Below, piece after piece: positions 41,196 to 51,149 of a stretch of DNA of 64,000 nt; position 1 is the first letter of the stretch, and every line of letters starts with the position of its first letter. The stretch is from an uncultured Acidobacteriaceae bacterium. Lineage in GTDB: Bacteria > Acidobacteriota > Terriglobia > Terriglobales > Acidobacteriaceae. The notes below the pieces were generated by a model. That model was not told the origin of the DNA, did no database searches, and worked only from the letters and a program-made list of their open reading frames with translations. Location: the NCBI GenBank assembly GCA_963797885.1, contig CAWCRQ010000143.1, forward strand, positions 2,349-66,348, in the 5' to 3' direction. The translations under genes were made by a program, and so were the position numbers.

Positions 41196-42259
41196 ATGAT
41201 CATTATAGGAGTAGATTTCCACCCCGAGTTTCAGCAGATCGCGTTGTTGGATACGGACAGCGGAGAGTTCCAGGAAAAGCGACTGATGCATCGCGAGGAG
41301 GCGGAGAAGTTTTACCGCGTTCTCGCGGCAGCCGGTCAGAAGGTGCGAGTGGGCATGGAAGCCAGCGGACACGCTCGCTGGTTCGAACGGCTGCTGGCGG
41401 AGTTGCAGTTGGATTGTGGATCGGGGACGCGGCAGAGATTCAGAGCAAGCGAGCGCGCAAGCAGAAGACAGACCGGCAGGATGCGCAACACATTCTGAAG
41501 CGCATGCTGAAGGATGACTTTCCGCGGATTTGGGTGCCGAACTGGGAGAACCGGGATCTGCGGCAACGGCTGTGGCATCGGCACCGTCTGGTGCAAGCGC
41601 GGACTCGAATCATGAACCAGTTGCAGGCGCTAGCAATCAATGAAGGACTGCGCTGTAAGAAGCGGCTGTGGCGGGCGGGCGGGCGGCAGCAACTGGAATC
41701 GTTCCGGTTGGCACCATGGGCCAGCCGACGGCGGAGTGATCTGCTGGAGTTGCTAGATCGGCTGAGCCCGAAGATTGCAGAGTTAAGCCAGGCGATCGAG
41801 CAAGAAGCGGCGAAGCAGCCCGAAGCGCAGCGACTGAGGACGCATCCGGATGTGGGTGCTTTGACCGCTTTGGCTTTCGTGCTGATCATCGGCAACGTGG
41901 AGCGCTTTCAGTGCGGGAAACAGATAGCGAGTTATCTGGGGCTGGTACCGCTGGAAAAATCGAGCGGCAACCGGCGACGCTTGGGTCACATCACCAAACA
42001 AGGGAGTTCGATGTTGCGCTTTCTGCTAGTGGAAGCGGCCCAGGTTACGGTGCGCAGCCTGCCGGAGTGGCATAGCCAGTACTTCCATCTGATGATGCGA
42101 CGGGGACGGAAGACAGCGAAAGTGGCGATGGCGCGCCGACTGGCGATTCGTTTGTACTGGATGTGGAGGCAGAGACTGGATTACGAGGAGTTAGTCAAGC
42201 TTGGTTCGCACGCGGGACAGCCCGGAAATCGCGATGGTGTGCAGCGAAACATCGAGTAA
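41196..42259 (+). mobile_element. IS110-family transposase gene, interrupted by one frameshift near 41405-41415
   Basis: MIIIGVDFHPEFQQIALLD..VRVGMEASGHARWFERLLAELQL, then a frame change to LWIGDAAEIQSKRARKQKTDRQDA..HPDVGALTALAFVLIIGNVERFQCGKQIASYLGLVPLEKSSG.. (DEDD_Tnp_IS110 plus Transposase_20 patterns). Element ends are not defined. Confidence 0.85.
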
Positions 42260-42573
42260 TTGATTGGGCATCCCGCTCCCCATTTTCGGGGAGTCTGAAT
42301 GAGTAATCATGATCGCAGTTGCGGACCGAAGAGACGGCTGGGTCGGACCGAGTTCCTGACCTGAAAACGATTACGATGCGAGCCTGGGTTGGAACGGCAC
42401 TTCCTCAGCTAGAGAGAAATGGCGCTCTTCTCCGAGTGCGCGGTGAGGTACGCCCCAAATTTGCTTGACACCGCCGACATTGTCAGAGACGCGATTTATC
42501 GCCAATTGAGGCGATTACCTACCAGTTGGAGGCTCGATCACGGGCTAACATGGCGCATCTTCGTGGGATGCGC

Positions 42574-43167
42574 CTATTCGTCCTCGGTCGGATTGATGGG
42601 CTCCCCGACAATGTTGTAGTGGACCTCTTTTGGAGGCTGCAGCTTGGCTGGCTTGGCTGGGGCTACCACTGCCGGTGGCGTCGGTTTCGACTCCGGCGGT
42701 GCCGGCACCGGAGGAACTGAAACGGGTGCCTGCGAAATCTGCGGTGCTGGGGGCGGAATCACCATTGTTTGGGGCGCGACAGGAACTGGCTCTGGAGGAG
42801 CCATAATGGAAAGCGGTCCGGCAGTCGGTTGCGAAACCTTCTTGGGCACCCGCATCATTTTCACTCGCACTGGGGCGGGCTTCCTCTGTGACCACCCATG
42901 CAGCAGGACAAACACAATTGCTGCAAGGCAAAACGCCAAAAACGAGTTGAACAGCGCTGGAACGTTCAACTCACCTTTGCCGAGGTACGACGGAGACTGA
43001 GGGTCTCCATCCATCACCCTAGCCAGCAGCGGCACCAGTAAATTGCTGGTGAGAGAAGCAAGCAATCCCCAGATCCCCTCGGCCAGAATTACGGCAGCCA
43101 CCAACTGAGCAGCCCATCTAGCGGGGTTCAGGGTCGATGGGGGAGCGGAAGTCTGGTTTTCCTCCAT
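42574..43167 (-). CDS. Membrane protein, MscL-like core with Pro-rich C-terminal tail
   Basis: From MEENQTS..: ..AAVILAEGIWGLLASLTSNLLVPLLARVMDG..(loop)..FNSFLAFCLAAIVFVLL resembles the two-TM MscL layout. The tail is PPEPVPVAPQ..PPVPAPPESKP. The longer track ORF N-terminus is implausible. Confidence 0.4.
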   Translation of the reverse strand: MEENQTSAPPSTLNPARWAAQLVAAVILAEGIWGLLASLTSNLLVPLLARVMDGDPQSPSYLGKGELNVPALFNSFLAFCLAAIVFVLLHGWSQRKPAPVRVKMMRVPKKVSQPTAGPLSIMAPPEPVPVAPQTMVIPPPAPQISQAPVSVPPVPAPPESKPTPPAVVAPAKPAKLQPPKEVHYNIVGEPINPTEDE

Positions 43168-43567
43168 ACTTATATGATGCGCAAGCATACGACGGAGAAC
43201 GCCGCCCGTTCGGGGCACCCGATGGGATTGTGAGTGATATCGCGATGTTCCGCCAACAATGCTTATCCCATGTGCAAACTGATGCACATTGATGGCTTTG
43301 GCTAAGCCATTTGGGGACTTGTAAGGAACTCGCGAAACGTTAAAGTGTCGCCGAACCGTTTCGCCTCTCCGAAGAGCGGATCCCGCCAGTTGAGACGCAG
43401 CACCCCTGAGGCGAATGACCGGTGCTAGCATCCGCGCATCAGCGCCGTCAAGCCGCTTCTTCAGCTAGGGTGAGTGCCCTCGGACGAAAGTCTCCCACAG
43501 GCCATTCATTCCATGATGTTTCACTTATGCGTTTTGTGCGTGTATCCAGATTGCAAAGGAGAAAAAC

Positions 43568-45628
43568 ATGACGTTTCAAAGATTGTTGAGAGGGTTGGCC
43601 ATCACTGTAATGATCTCGCTCCTCGCTGTGGGAGGCTCTTCAGCCTACGCGCAGGTGGCAGCAACTAACGTGCCTGCTGGCATTCAGGTTTCTCAAGACC
43701 TCGGTCTTGCCGATCCATCAGTGGAGATCAACATCACAGTCCACCTCAAGCTTAATGACAAGGCTGCATTCGACAGAGCTGTCGACGCGCTCTACGACCC
43801 CGCTTCGCCGACCTTCCACAAGTGGATGACCAATGCCGATCTCAAGATGTACGCACCGACGGAAAACCAACGGCAGGCCGTCCGCAGGGAGCTTGAGCAC
43901 CACGGACTTACCATTCTGTCCACCGACCCCATCGGCTTCACCATCCGCGCCCACGGCACCATCGCGAATGTCGAAAGCGCCTTCAACACCGAAATCCACC
44001 AGTTTTCGCACAGCGGAAAGGTGTTCCGCGCCAATGTCCGAAACGCCCAGCTTAGCGGCGAGGCGGGGAACTACATCTCCAGCGTAGCCGGTCTGGAAAG
44101 CCATCAAGTGCGGCCGCTCTACGCACGCGCGCTTAACCCGCGAACCAAGAAGCCATATCCTGTAGTGCCGCTTAGCAAGCTCGGCAACGCTTCCAGTTTT
44201 CCGACAGGATTTATCACCACGCAGTGTCTCTTCGCGCCGCAAACCGACACCTTGGAGTACGGGACCCCTCCCGCTCTGCCGGAAGGCGTCTACACCGGTA
44301 CCGTTTATCAGCAGTTCGGGGTACCCTGCGCCTATCAGCCGCAACAGTTGCAGACTGCTTACGGCCTCAATGCGGTTTACGAACAAGGGCTGAACGGCAC
44401 CGGCCAGACGATCATTCTGGTCGAGGGCTACGGGTATCCCACCATCGAGAAGGATGCCAATGCATACTTCAAGTTGACGGGTCTGCCGCTGCTGAACAAG
44501 TCCAACTTCAGCATTGTCTACCCCGAGGGCAAGCCTCCCGATCCGAACGCGGGGATACTCACCGGTTGGAACATTGAGATCGCTCTCGACGTGCAATCGG
44601 CGCATTCCATCGCTCCTGGGGCCAATATCGTTGTCGTCGCCACCAACGGCCAGGACAGCGAAGACTTCCAGAACTCCATTGCCTACGTGGCCAACAATGG
44701 TCTCGGCAACTCAGTCTCGAATAGCTATGAAGAAGACCTCGACCTCATCGCCGGGCCCCTCGAACAGACTTCCTGGGACGAGGCGATTGAGGTCGCAACC
44801 GCCCAAGGAATTTCCGTCAATTTCTCCACCGGCGATTCTGGCGACAACGGTCTGGGGACTCCGGTAGGAGCACCCGGCGTGCCTTCGGTCGCTCCTCATG
44901 CCACCGCCGTCGGCGGTACCTCCATCCTGAACGACCTCAGCCATCCTGGATCCACGATTACCACCTCGTGGGGCGATACGTGGGTCTTCCTGGCAAGTGG
45001 CGGCGCAGTTTCAGACCCGCCGCACGCGTACGGCTTGTGGGGCGGCGGCGGCGGCGGCGAGAGTGTCTTTTGGCCCAAGCCATCGTGGCAGGCGACGCTT
45101 CCCGGCAAAGGTCGGCAAACGCCCGATGTCTCCGCGCTGGCTGACCCCTATACCGGCGTTACCATCGTGGTCACCGTTAACGGGAAACTGGAGCTTCAAT
45201 GCTGCTGGGGCGGCACCAGCCTGTCCAGCCCCATCTTCACCGCGTTCTGGGCCATTGCCAACGAGCAGGCTGGCCATCCCCTCGGTCAAGCGGCGCCTGC
45301 TATCGCCGCTCTGCCCTACGGAGGCGTTCAGGACGTGCTTCCCACCACCGACAGCACAAAGAACAATGTGACGGGGACGATTACGGACGTGAAAGGTTCC
45401 ACCACGTACTCGGCTTCCGATCTCTTCAGCGGATTGCTCGAGGGCAACAAAGGCTTTACCAGCGCAATCTGGCCGATCGATGCGGGCGATGTTACAGACT
45501 TCGGGTTCGGGCTGGACAGTTCACTCACGGTCAAGCACGGCTGGGACAACGCAACGGGGTGGGGTACTCCTAACGGCCTCACCTTCATCTATGCGGTAGG
45601 TGGAGCGGCAGCCGCCAATAAAAAGTAG
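43568..45628 (+). CDS. Secreted S53 (sedolisin/kumamolisin-like) serine peptidase with pro-domain
   Basis: Signal peptide present. Pro-kumamolisin-like activation segment (..ALYDPASPTFHKWMTNADL..). Catalytic-Ser context WGGTSLSSPIFTAFWAIAN. AAAGGAG RBS. Confidence 0.85.
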   Translation: MTFQRLLRGLAITVMISLLAVGGSSAYAQVAATNVPAGIQVSQDLGLADPSVEINITVHLKLNDKAAFDRAVDALYDPASPTFHKWMTNADLKMYAPTENQRQAVRRELEHHGLTILSTDPIGFTIRAHGTIANVESAFNTEIHQFSHSGKVFRANVRNAQLSGEAGNYISSVAGLESHQVRPLYARALNPRTKKPYPVVPLSKLGNASSFPTGFITTQCLFAPQTDTLEYGTPPALPEGVYTGTVYQQFGVPCAYQPQQLQTAYGLNAVYEQGLNGTGQTIILVEGYGYPTIEKDANAYFKLTGLPLLNKSNFSIVYPEGKPPDPNAGILTGWNIEIALDVQSAHSIAPGANIVVVATNGQDSEDFQNSIAYVANNGLGNSVSNSYEEDLDLIAGPLEQTSWDEAIEVATAQGISVNFSTGDSGDNGLGTPVGAPGVPSVAPHATAVGGTSILNDLSHPGSTITTSWGDTWVFLASGGAVSDPPHAYGLWGGGGGGESVFWPKPSWQATLPGKGRQTPDVSALADPYTGVTIVVTVNGKLELQCCWGGTSLSSPIFTAFWAIANEQAGHPLGQAAPAIAALPYGGVQDVLPTTDSTKNNVTGTITDVKGSTTYSASDLFSGLLEGNKGFTSAIWPIDAGDVTDFGFGLDSSLTVKHGWDNATGWGTPNGLTFIYAVGGAAAANKK

Positions 45629-45636
45629 GCGGTGAC

Positions 45637-45672
45637 GAGCCGGAGAGCATTTTCTCCGGCTCGTTTCTTTTG
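45637..45672 (+). terminator. Rho-independent terminator after the S53 peptidase gene
   Basis: GAGCCGGAGA-gcattt-TCTCCGGCTC followed by GTTTCTTTTGG. Confidence 0.7.
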
Positions 45673-45814
45673 GCGGTGGGAGAGACGGCAGTGTGAGTAC
45701 GATAACTGTCGTAACCAGGCGTTAGCGCTCATTGAGAATTGCAGCCAGACTGGAGGCTGTCGTTTTGTTGTTGGAAACCGCCGAGCCGTTTGTCTTTCTG
45801 AGTATTGGTACTAC

Positions 45815-46211
45815 ATGCAGGGTGTGTACCTATTCGGAAATCGGGAACTCGGCTGGTCCAAGATCGGCAAATCTCGGAACATCGGGAACCGATTCAAAGA
45901 CCTTTGTTGCGTTCTCCCGTTTTTCTATTGAGCAAATCGATGTCTTCGAATGCAAAGACCCTGGCTTTTTGGAAGTTCAACTCCACAGGCATTTTGCGAG
46001 CAAGCGAATGCGGGGTGAGTGGTTCCGGCTCGACCAGGATGACCTCAGCTCGTGGCGCATCATGGCACCAAAGCTTGCCCAGCGAACCAACTTTCGCAAA
46101 CAGGCAGCGAATATCCGCAAGGGTCAGTGGTCGAAAGAGGCTCGTGCTCGGGTGCAGCGAAGCCGGGAATCCAGGCGTTTGTCCACTTTGTCCAATCAAG
46201 CCTCTCGATGA
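45815..46211 (+). pseudogene. GIY-YIG-like / T5orf172 (MUG113) domain gene with a frameshift near 45900
   Basis: MQGVYLFGNRELGWSKIGKSRNIGNRFKDL.. then a frame change to ..FSIEQIDVFECKDPGFLEVQLHRHFASKRMRGEWFRLDQDDL. This is the T5orf172 pattern (hYhh..K.G.s.n...R...h......H..h...+..gEWF). Confidence 0.55.
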
Positions 46212-46493
46212 GGTCTAGCCGCTTCACAGCAGGATGTTGCACTCGGCTTTTGCCCTTCCAGCCGCGTGCTGTGCTGCACAGCATATAATGGCCTCGCGGA
46301 CAGCAGGCTCTGGCGCAGTGATCTTCGTTCGACCGGATTCGTCTTGGTCTTGAATGACTGGAACGGCAAATCCCCCTGGTTACTAACGGCCGCAGGTACT
46401 CGATACAACGCGTACCTGACTGGCCAACTGGACAGCGAGAAGGCCGCCTGAACGATATTTCGTCGGCAATACTGCATTCATTAAGGAGAAGAA

Positions 46494-47168
46494 ATGAACA
46501 TTCAAACCCGCAAAACCCGGAAGAACACTATGAACAGTCAAGCCCAACCCTATCAGCCACTAACATCGGAAAATGCCGCTGTCGTTCTCGTCGACCACCA
46601 GGTCGGCCTCATGACAGGCGTCCGCGATTATTCGACGGGCGAGCTGAAGCACAATGTCGTCGCGCTGGCGAAGGCAGCGAAAGCGCTGAAGCTGCCGATC
46701 GTCGTAACCACCACCGCCCGAGACAGCATGTGGAGGCCGACCTTCCCTGAGCTGGTGGAGGCCCTACCTGACATCAAGATCATCGACCGATCGACGGTCA
46801 ATGCCTGGGATGATCCCAGGGTGGCTGCAGCGATCGAGGCCACGGGCCGCAGGAAGCTGATCATTGCCGGCATCTCTCTTGAGGTCTGTGCCGCTTTCCC
46901 GGCCATTACTGCAATCGGCAAGGGCTATGAGGCCTATGTGGCCGTCGATGCATCGGGAACATTCAGCGACACGAAACGCGAGGCCGGGTTGCTGCGGATG
47001 CAACAGGCGGGCGTGATCGTGTCGGATTACGCCACCCTGATGGTTGAGATACTGAAGGACAACGCGCGGCCTGAAGCAGCCGCAGTCTACAACGCGCTTG
47101 ATATGCCTTGGGCTACCCTTGTCGGCCAAATCTCCAAGGCGTACGGCAAGCAAAGCGCGGCGGCTTAG
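46494..47168 (+). CDS. Isochorismatase-family cysteine hydrolase
   Basis: ..AAVVLVDHQVGL..LKLPIVVTTT..IIDRSTVNAWDD..RRKLIIAGISLEVCAAFPAI.. (Asp-Lys-Cys pattern). AAGGAG RBS. Confidence 0.85.
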   Translation: MNIQTRKTRKNTMNSQAQPYQPLTSENAAVVLVDHQVGLMTGVRDYSTGELKHNVVALAKAAKALKLPIVVTTTARDSMWRPTFPELVEALPDIKIIDRSTVNAWDDPRVAAAIEATGRRKLIIAGISLEVCAAFPAITAIGKGYEAYVAVDASGTFSDTKREAGLLRMQQAGVIVSDYATLMVEILKDNARPEAAAVYNALDMPWATLVGQISKAYGKQSAAA

Positions 47169-47555
47169 GTAAACCTGCGCTGAACCGACGCCGTGGCACT
47201 CATCTGGCCCGCCATTCGATGCCAGCGTGGCAGCGAGAAAGCCGCCTGAACGGTAACACGCGATCAGGAGAGAGCCGATTACGGGCAACTCTGACGTAAC
47301 GCGATTAGGGAAGGGTTGCTGACAAACCGCCCGGAACCGCGGTCGCTGACTTCCCCGAAGCCCGTTTGTGGATAGCTTCTGTTTTGCCGAAGTCAATGAG
47401 TGAAATCGGGATTTTTCACCAATTGAGAAGGTTGCCTACCAGGTGGTGGCTCCGACAATCCACGAACTGGCTTTGGTTCCTTGGTCACAAGGGGCTGACT
47501 TTCAATATGCGCCTACAACGTCTTCAACGGGTCCGACTGAAAGCAAGCGGGCGCC

Positions 47556-48209
47556 TTATAGGCGAAAATTTTTTCCTCTGAGATGCAATACGCTCACACG
47601 GCCTGCGGCTGACGCGACACGCTCCAGCGAACCCCCGGCAATCCTTCCCCACTGCGTTCTTTTTACGAGCCAGTGCCAGAGGGCGTAGACGGCGTGGAAA
47701 CCGCATAGCCACTCCAAAGCGTCTGAGATGAATGCGTGTGCATCAATCGTAGCATTCAAAGCTGGGCTGCTAGTCGTAAACCCTCTGACCTCGGGGATGA
47801 GCTCGACGCCTGGTCGGAGATATGCGATCAGAAGCCCCGAAACCACGGAAGCCGCCACTCCGAGATAGATTCCCCAATCGGTTATCCGCCGGATTTTGGA
47901 CCGCGGCATTCGAACGGACGACCCGGCCCATCGCCCGCCGCCTGAGTGCGTGCTTCGCACCCAGATAAACCGGAGAAGGAAAATGAAGCCGACAACCAGG
48001 CCCAATTTCACTTCTCCTCTCATCGCGACAGGGTCTATCAGCGCACGCGTAGTTTCGCCGTTGCTGATGAACGCGTAAACCAGCACGACCGCACTGATCG
48101 AGTGAACGCCTCCATTCAACCATCGAAGTGAACGGAACGAACGCACTGGCCGGCGGGATACTTCAGAGTGAGCACTAGTGGAAAGCGAAGTCCCAGTTTC
48201 CATAGTCAT
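47556..48209 (-). CDS. Integral membrane protein (possibly cytochrome b561-like)
   Basis: Four hydrophobic helices with conserved-looking His residues. Its start overlaps the stop of the upstream methyltransferase gene (ATGA). Confidence 0.4.
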   Translation of the reverse strand: MTMETGTSLSTSAHSEVSRRPVRSFRSLRWLNGGVHSISAVVLVYAFISNGETTRALIDPVAMRGEVKLGLVVGFIFLLRFIWVRSTHSGGGRWAGSSVRMPRSKIRRITDWGIYLGVAASVVSGLLIAYLRPGVELIPEVRGFTTSSPALNATIDAHAFISDALEWLCGFHAVYALWHWLVKRTQWGRIAGGSLERVASAAGRVSVLHLRGKNFRL

Positions 48210-49051
48210 AACGCACCTCTTTCACCACAGAGTCCGTTAGCGGTCCAGCAGCTTATTTCCATTCCGTCTTCCACGAGAAAGGCAGCCGAGACGTATCCGT
48301 TGGCGGGATCGCGCACATACTCCAGATAGCCGCTCAGGGATGAAAGGTTAATGTCGTCGGCGACGATCAACGCACTGCTCGCAAGCCGAGGCTCCAGCGA
48401 CCGAAGAAGTGGCAGGCACAAGTCCTTCCATCCGTCGAGCAGCACGAGATCGATGGGCCCAGGGATATCGTTCAAAGTTGTCATGGCGTCGCCGGGCAGA
48501 ATCGTGACGTGACTGGCGAGGCCGGCTTCGGCCAAATTGGCGCGAGCGGCGGCAACCTTCGCGGTGTTTAGCTCGGTACTAGCCACATGGCCCGTGCCGT
48601 TATCCGCCACTGCGGCTGCCAAGTAGATGGTGGAAATCCCGTAAGACGTACCGAACTCAACAATAATGTTCGGGCGCCTAGCTCGAGCCAGGATGTAGAG
48701 CAGGTCGCCGCCCAGTGCAGAAATAGGCATGTAAGTGGACTCTGAGGCGTCTGCTCGCTCTTGTGCAGTTGCGGTTTCCCATGAGACGCCCGGCTTCCGC
48801 CAGCGAGGGGTTTCATCATCATGGGCCGCTGCGGCGAATAAACGGTTAAGAACCGTCCTGACTTGATTTGTGCGTAACCTGTTTGCCATGTATGGGTGTT
48901 GAATCCAGGAACCTCTCCTGAAACGCTGTGATGGGCTCCCAGGTTCAGGCTCTTCGCCATCAAGGCCAGATCTCACTTCCATAGGATTGTCAACTGCTTG
49001 TTTGTCTGGCATATTGTTTTCCTCCGCATTAAAATACGAGTAAATGCTCAC
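48206..49051 (-). CDS. Class I SAM-dependent O-methyltransferase (family 3-like)
   Basis: ..RPNIIVEFGTSYGISTIYLAAAV..STELNTAKVAAARANLAEAGL..IDLVLLDGWKDLCLP..LIVADDI. The true start may be the internal ATG at 49012. Confidence 0.75.
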   Translation of the reverse strand: MSIYSYFNAEENNMPDKQAVDNPMEVRSGLDGEEPEPGSPSQRFRRGSWIQHPYMANRLRTNQVRTVLNRLFAAAAHDDETPRWRKPGVSWETATAQERADASESTYMPISALGGDLLYILARARRPNIIVEFGTSYGISTIYLAAAVADNGTGHVASTELNTAKVAAARANLAEAGLASHVTILPGDAMTTLNDIPGPIDLVLLDGWKDLCLPLLRSLEPRLASSALIVADDINLSSLSGYLEYVRDPANGYVSAAFLVEDGMEISCWTANGLCGERGAL

Positions 49052-49685
49052 AAATAAAACTCGCGTTCACGATGGCAGAGGCAGGCCCCGCAAAAATACG
49101 CTGCAAGCCCGTAAAATGCCGGGTCAGGCCAGGTCGCAGGAGACGGTAAGTGTCGTTCTTGAAGCCAGTGCTCGCATTCTGGAATCGGATGGACTACGCG
49201 GTTTCAATACCAACGCGATTGCGGCGAAAGCTGGCGTAAGCATCGGGTCTCTTTATCAATATTTTCCGAATAAGGACGCCATCGTGCTCGCCTTGATTGG
49301 CGGTTATGAAGAGGGGTTGCACAATGCCGTTCTTGAGGCCGTGCAAGCGGGAAGAGGACAGGAACTGAAACGCCGCCTTCGGCTGCTGGTGCGGGCACTC
49401 GTGATGGTGCATTACCGCCGCCCGCGGCTAAATCGGGTGCTGGAAGCTGAAGAGGAACGACTCGGAAGCGAGGCCGACGATGTCGCATTCCATGCAATGG
49501 TGCTGCAACTGTTTCAGGATCGCAAAAACGAAATGGCAGTGCCTGTTTCGGCAGCAACGGAGCGGGTCGTCATCGCCATTCTCCGCGCTGTAGTCGACCT
49601 AGGCCTCGCCTCCGGCGCTAGTCCGAAGTCCACAGAGCAGCGAGCCATGCGAGCCGTATGCGGATACCTGCTCTATGTAGGCTAG
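49044..49685 (+). CDS. TetR-family transcriptional regulator
   Basis: ..ILESDGLRGFNTNAIAAKAGVSIGSLYQYFPNKDAIVLALI is the TetR HTH. Divergent from the methyltransferase operon. An alternative start lies at 49116. Confidence 0.8.
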   Translation: MLTNKTRVHDGRGRPRKNTLQARKMPGQARSQETVSVVLEASARILESDGLRGFNTNAIAAKAGVSIGSLYQYFPNKDAIVLALIGGYEEGLHNAVLEAVQAGRGQELKRRLRLLVRALVMVHYRRPRLNRVLEAEEERLGSEADDVAFHAMVLQLFQDRKNEMAVPVSAATERVVIAILRAVVDLGLASGASPKSTEQRAMRAVCGYLLYVG

Positions 49686-49702
49686 AAGCGGATCATCGTC
49701 GA

Positions 49703-49993
49703 CTACGGCTCAGCAGTTTTGACAGTTGTTGCGAAGCGTAGAGAGGCCGCTTGGAGGGAGTCCTGCGTGGTGCCTTTCTCTTGGAGCTTCTTATCAATGC
49801 GGTCCACCAGTTTTTGAACTTTGCGGTCTTCGTGACACTGCGGGTAGTTCGGGCTGGTTTTCATGGAGCTAGTCTGCCACACGCCAGTCTCAGAGCGCAA
49901 ATTGCTTCGAACTTCAACTCTCGATCCGCTTTCGGTGGCCCGAATCAACAACTGACCTGCTCCCGGGTGATGACGAACGGTGACCAGCATCAC
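49703..49993 (-). CDS. Hypothetical protein
   Basis: 96-aa ORF with no recognised motif. Confidence 0.25.
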   Translation of the reverse strand: MMLVTVRHHPGAGQLLIRATESGSRVEVRSNLRSETGVWQTSSMKTSPNYPQCHEDRKVQKLVDRIDKKLQEKGTTQDSLQAASLRFATTVKTAEP

Positions 49994-50008
49994 AGACTGC
50001 GCAAAGCC

Positions 50009-50368
50009 TTACGGCTTGCTTCCTTGGGGTAGCTTGGGCTTTCCTTCGGTTGGTGCAGCATCTTTTTTGGCCGGCTTCACACTGCCGACATTTAAGGCAT
50101 TGCCTATGGTTGTTATATTACCCTCCGCAATGAGTTTTGCCAGACTTGAGATCAGGGGGGCCAGATCCTGAACATTTCCATCGGCATTGCCGATATTCAG
50201 TCCGTTGCCTATGAAGACCACTCTGTGGTCCAGAATAGCCTGAAGCAGTTGACGCACGACGGAGGACTTGTCTTCCGGCTCACTCAAGAACTCTACCCGC
50301 ACGTGGGCACGGCAAAAAATTCCCAATAGCAAGAGTGCTGTTGACAAACATGCGTATTTTGACTTCAC
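50009..50368 (-). CDS. Secreted hypothetical protein
   Basis: Signal peptide MKSKYACLSTALLLLGIF. GN-repeat-like segment IGNGLNIGNADGN..IGNALNVG. Confidence 0.4.
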   Translation of the reverse strand: MKSKYACLSTALLLLGIFCRAHVRVEFLSEPEDKSSVVRQLLQAILDHRVVFIGNGLNIGNADGNVQDLAPLISSLAKLIAEGNITTIGNALNVGSVKPAKKDAAPTEGKPKLPQGSKP

Positions 50369-50377
50369 GGGATTGCC

Positions 50378-50776
50378 TCACTTTGCGTCTGATTTAACGA
50401 GGTTGATGAAACGAGTTCCTTTCCCAGTAATGGCGACAAAGCCCAAAGGCCGCGCTTCACCGCTCACATAAAACAGATTGGCTTGAGACTCGGCACTTTG
50501 TGGGGCGGTTCCACTCGGCACCTTGGTGGCCGCACTGCCGAATTTTCCGTGGACCATGAGGATCGGGATTAGCGTGACAGAACCGACTTTGATCGGCTCC
50601 CCTATGACAGTTCTTACGTTGAGATCGTGACTCAGGCGCTGAGCCATGCCGTCAACGAGATCCGATGTGCTTGGCGGTTGGACAGGCTTTGCTTTTTGTT
50701 GCGGCGCATTTTGAGCCATTCCGAGAGAGCCGACCAACAGGAGAAACATGATTGAGGGGATGATCTTCTTGGCCAA
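50378..50776 (-). CDS. GerW/YtfJ-family-like secreted protein
   Basis: GGAGG is followed 6 nt later by a TTG start. Signal peptide (M)AKKIIPSIMFLLLVGSLGMAQ. ..VIGEPIKVGSVTLIPILMV..ARPLGFVAITGKGTRFI.. matches the YtfJ/GerW pattern. Confidence 0.5.
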   Translation of the reverse strand: MAKKIIPSIMFLLLVGSLGMAQNAPQQKAKPVQPPSTSDLVDGMAQRLSHDLNVRTVIGEPIKVGSVTLIPILMVHGKFGSAATKVPSGTAPQSAESQANLFYVSGEARPLGFVAITGKGTRFINLVKSDAK

Positions 50777-50944
50777 GGGATACCTCCAATTTTGAACTCG
50801 GCACGAACAGAAGCGAATGGCGATCCGTGGCATGGCTGAAACCAGCTCATCGAGAGTGCGGAGGGAAGGGTGGCGACAGCGGTAGCGCGAAAAGGGCTTT
50901 GGGAAACAGCGTCGGATCGGACAAAACCATCCAGCGCACGTCGG

Positions 50945-51073
50945 CCCACCTTCCTTCCTAGCGGAAGTGTGGCCGAGCGGTCCTCGCCGTCAAGGGTTCG
51001 CTGACGCCGCACACAACGCGCCCTTGACGGCTCCGGGCCGCTCTGAAAACCCTCCGCTAGGAAGGAAGGTGGG
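50945..51073. repeat. 129-nt nested inverted repeat (long hairpin or cruciform)
   Basis: Perfect 21-nt arms CCCACCTTCCTTCCTAGCGGA (50945-50965) and TCCGCTAGGAAGGAAGGTGGG (51053-51073). They enclose an inner perfect pair GCCGTCAAGGG / CCCTTGACGGC and further partial pairing. TTTT follows on the + strand. Confidence 0.8.
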
Positions 51074-51149
51074 TTTTAGGAAGGCAATTCAAAATCTACT
51101 TGACATAGACCGGCATTCTCATGGAAGGCGATAGCGCTCAGAATGCAGG

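Noticed and set aside
43718-44605. 295-aa minus-strand ORF inside the S53 peptidase gene
   Set aside because: Antisense shadow of a gene with clear family motifs and signal peptide.
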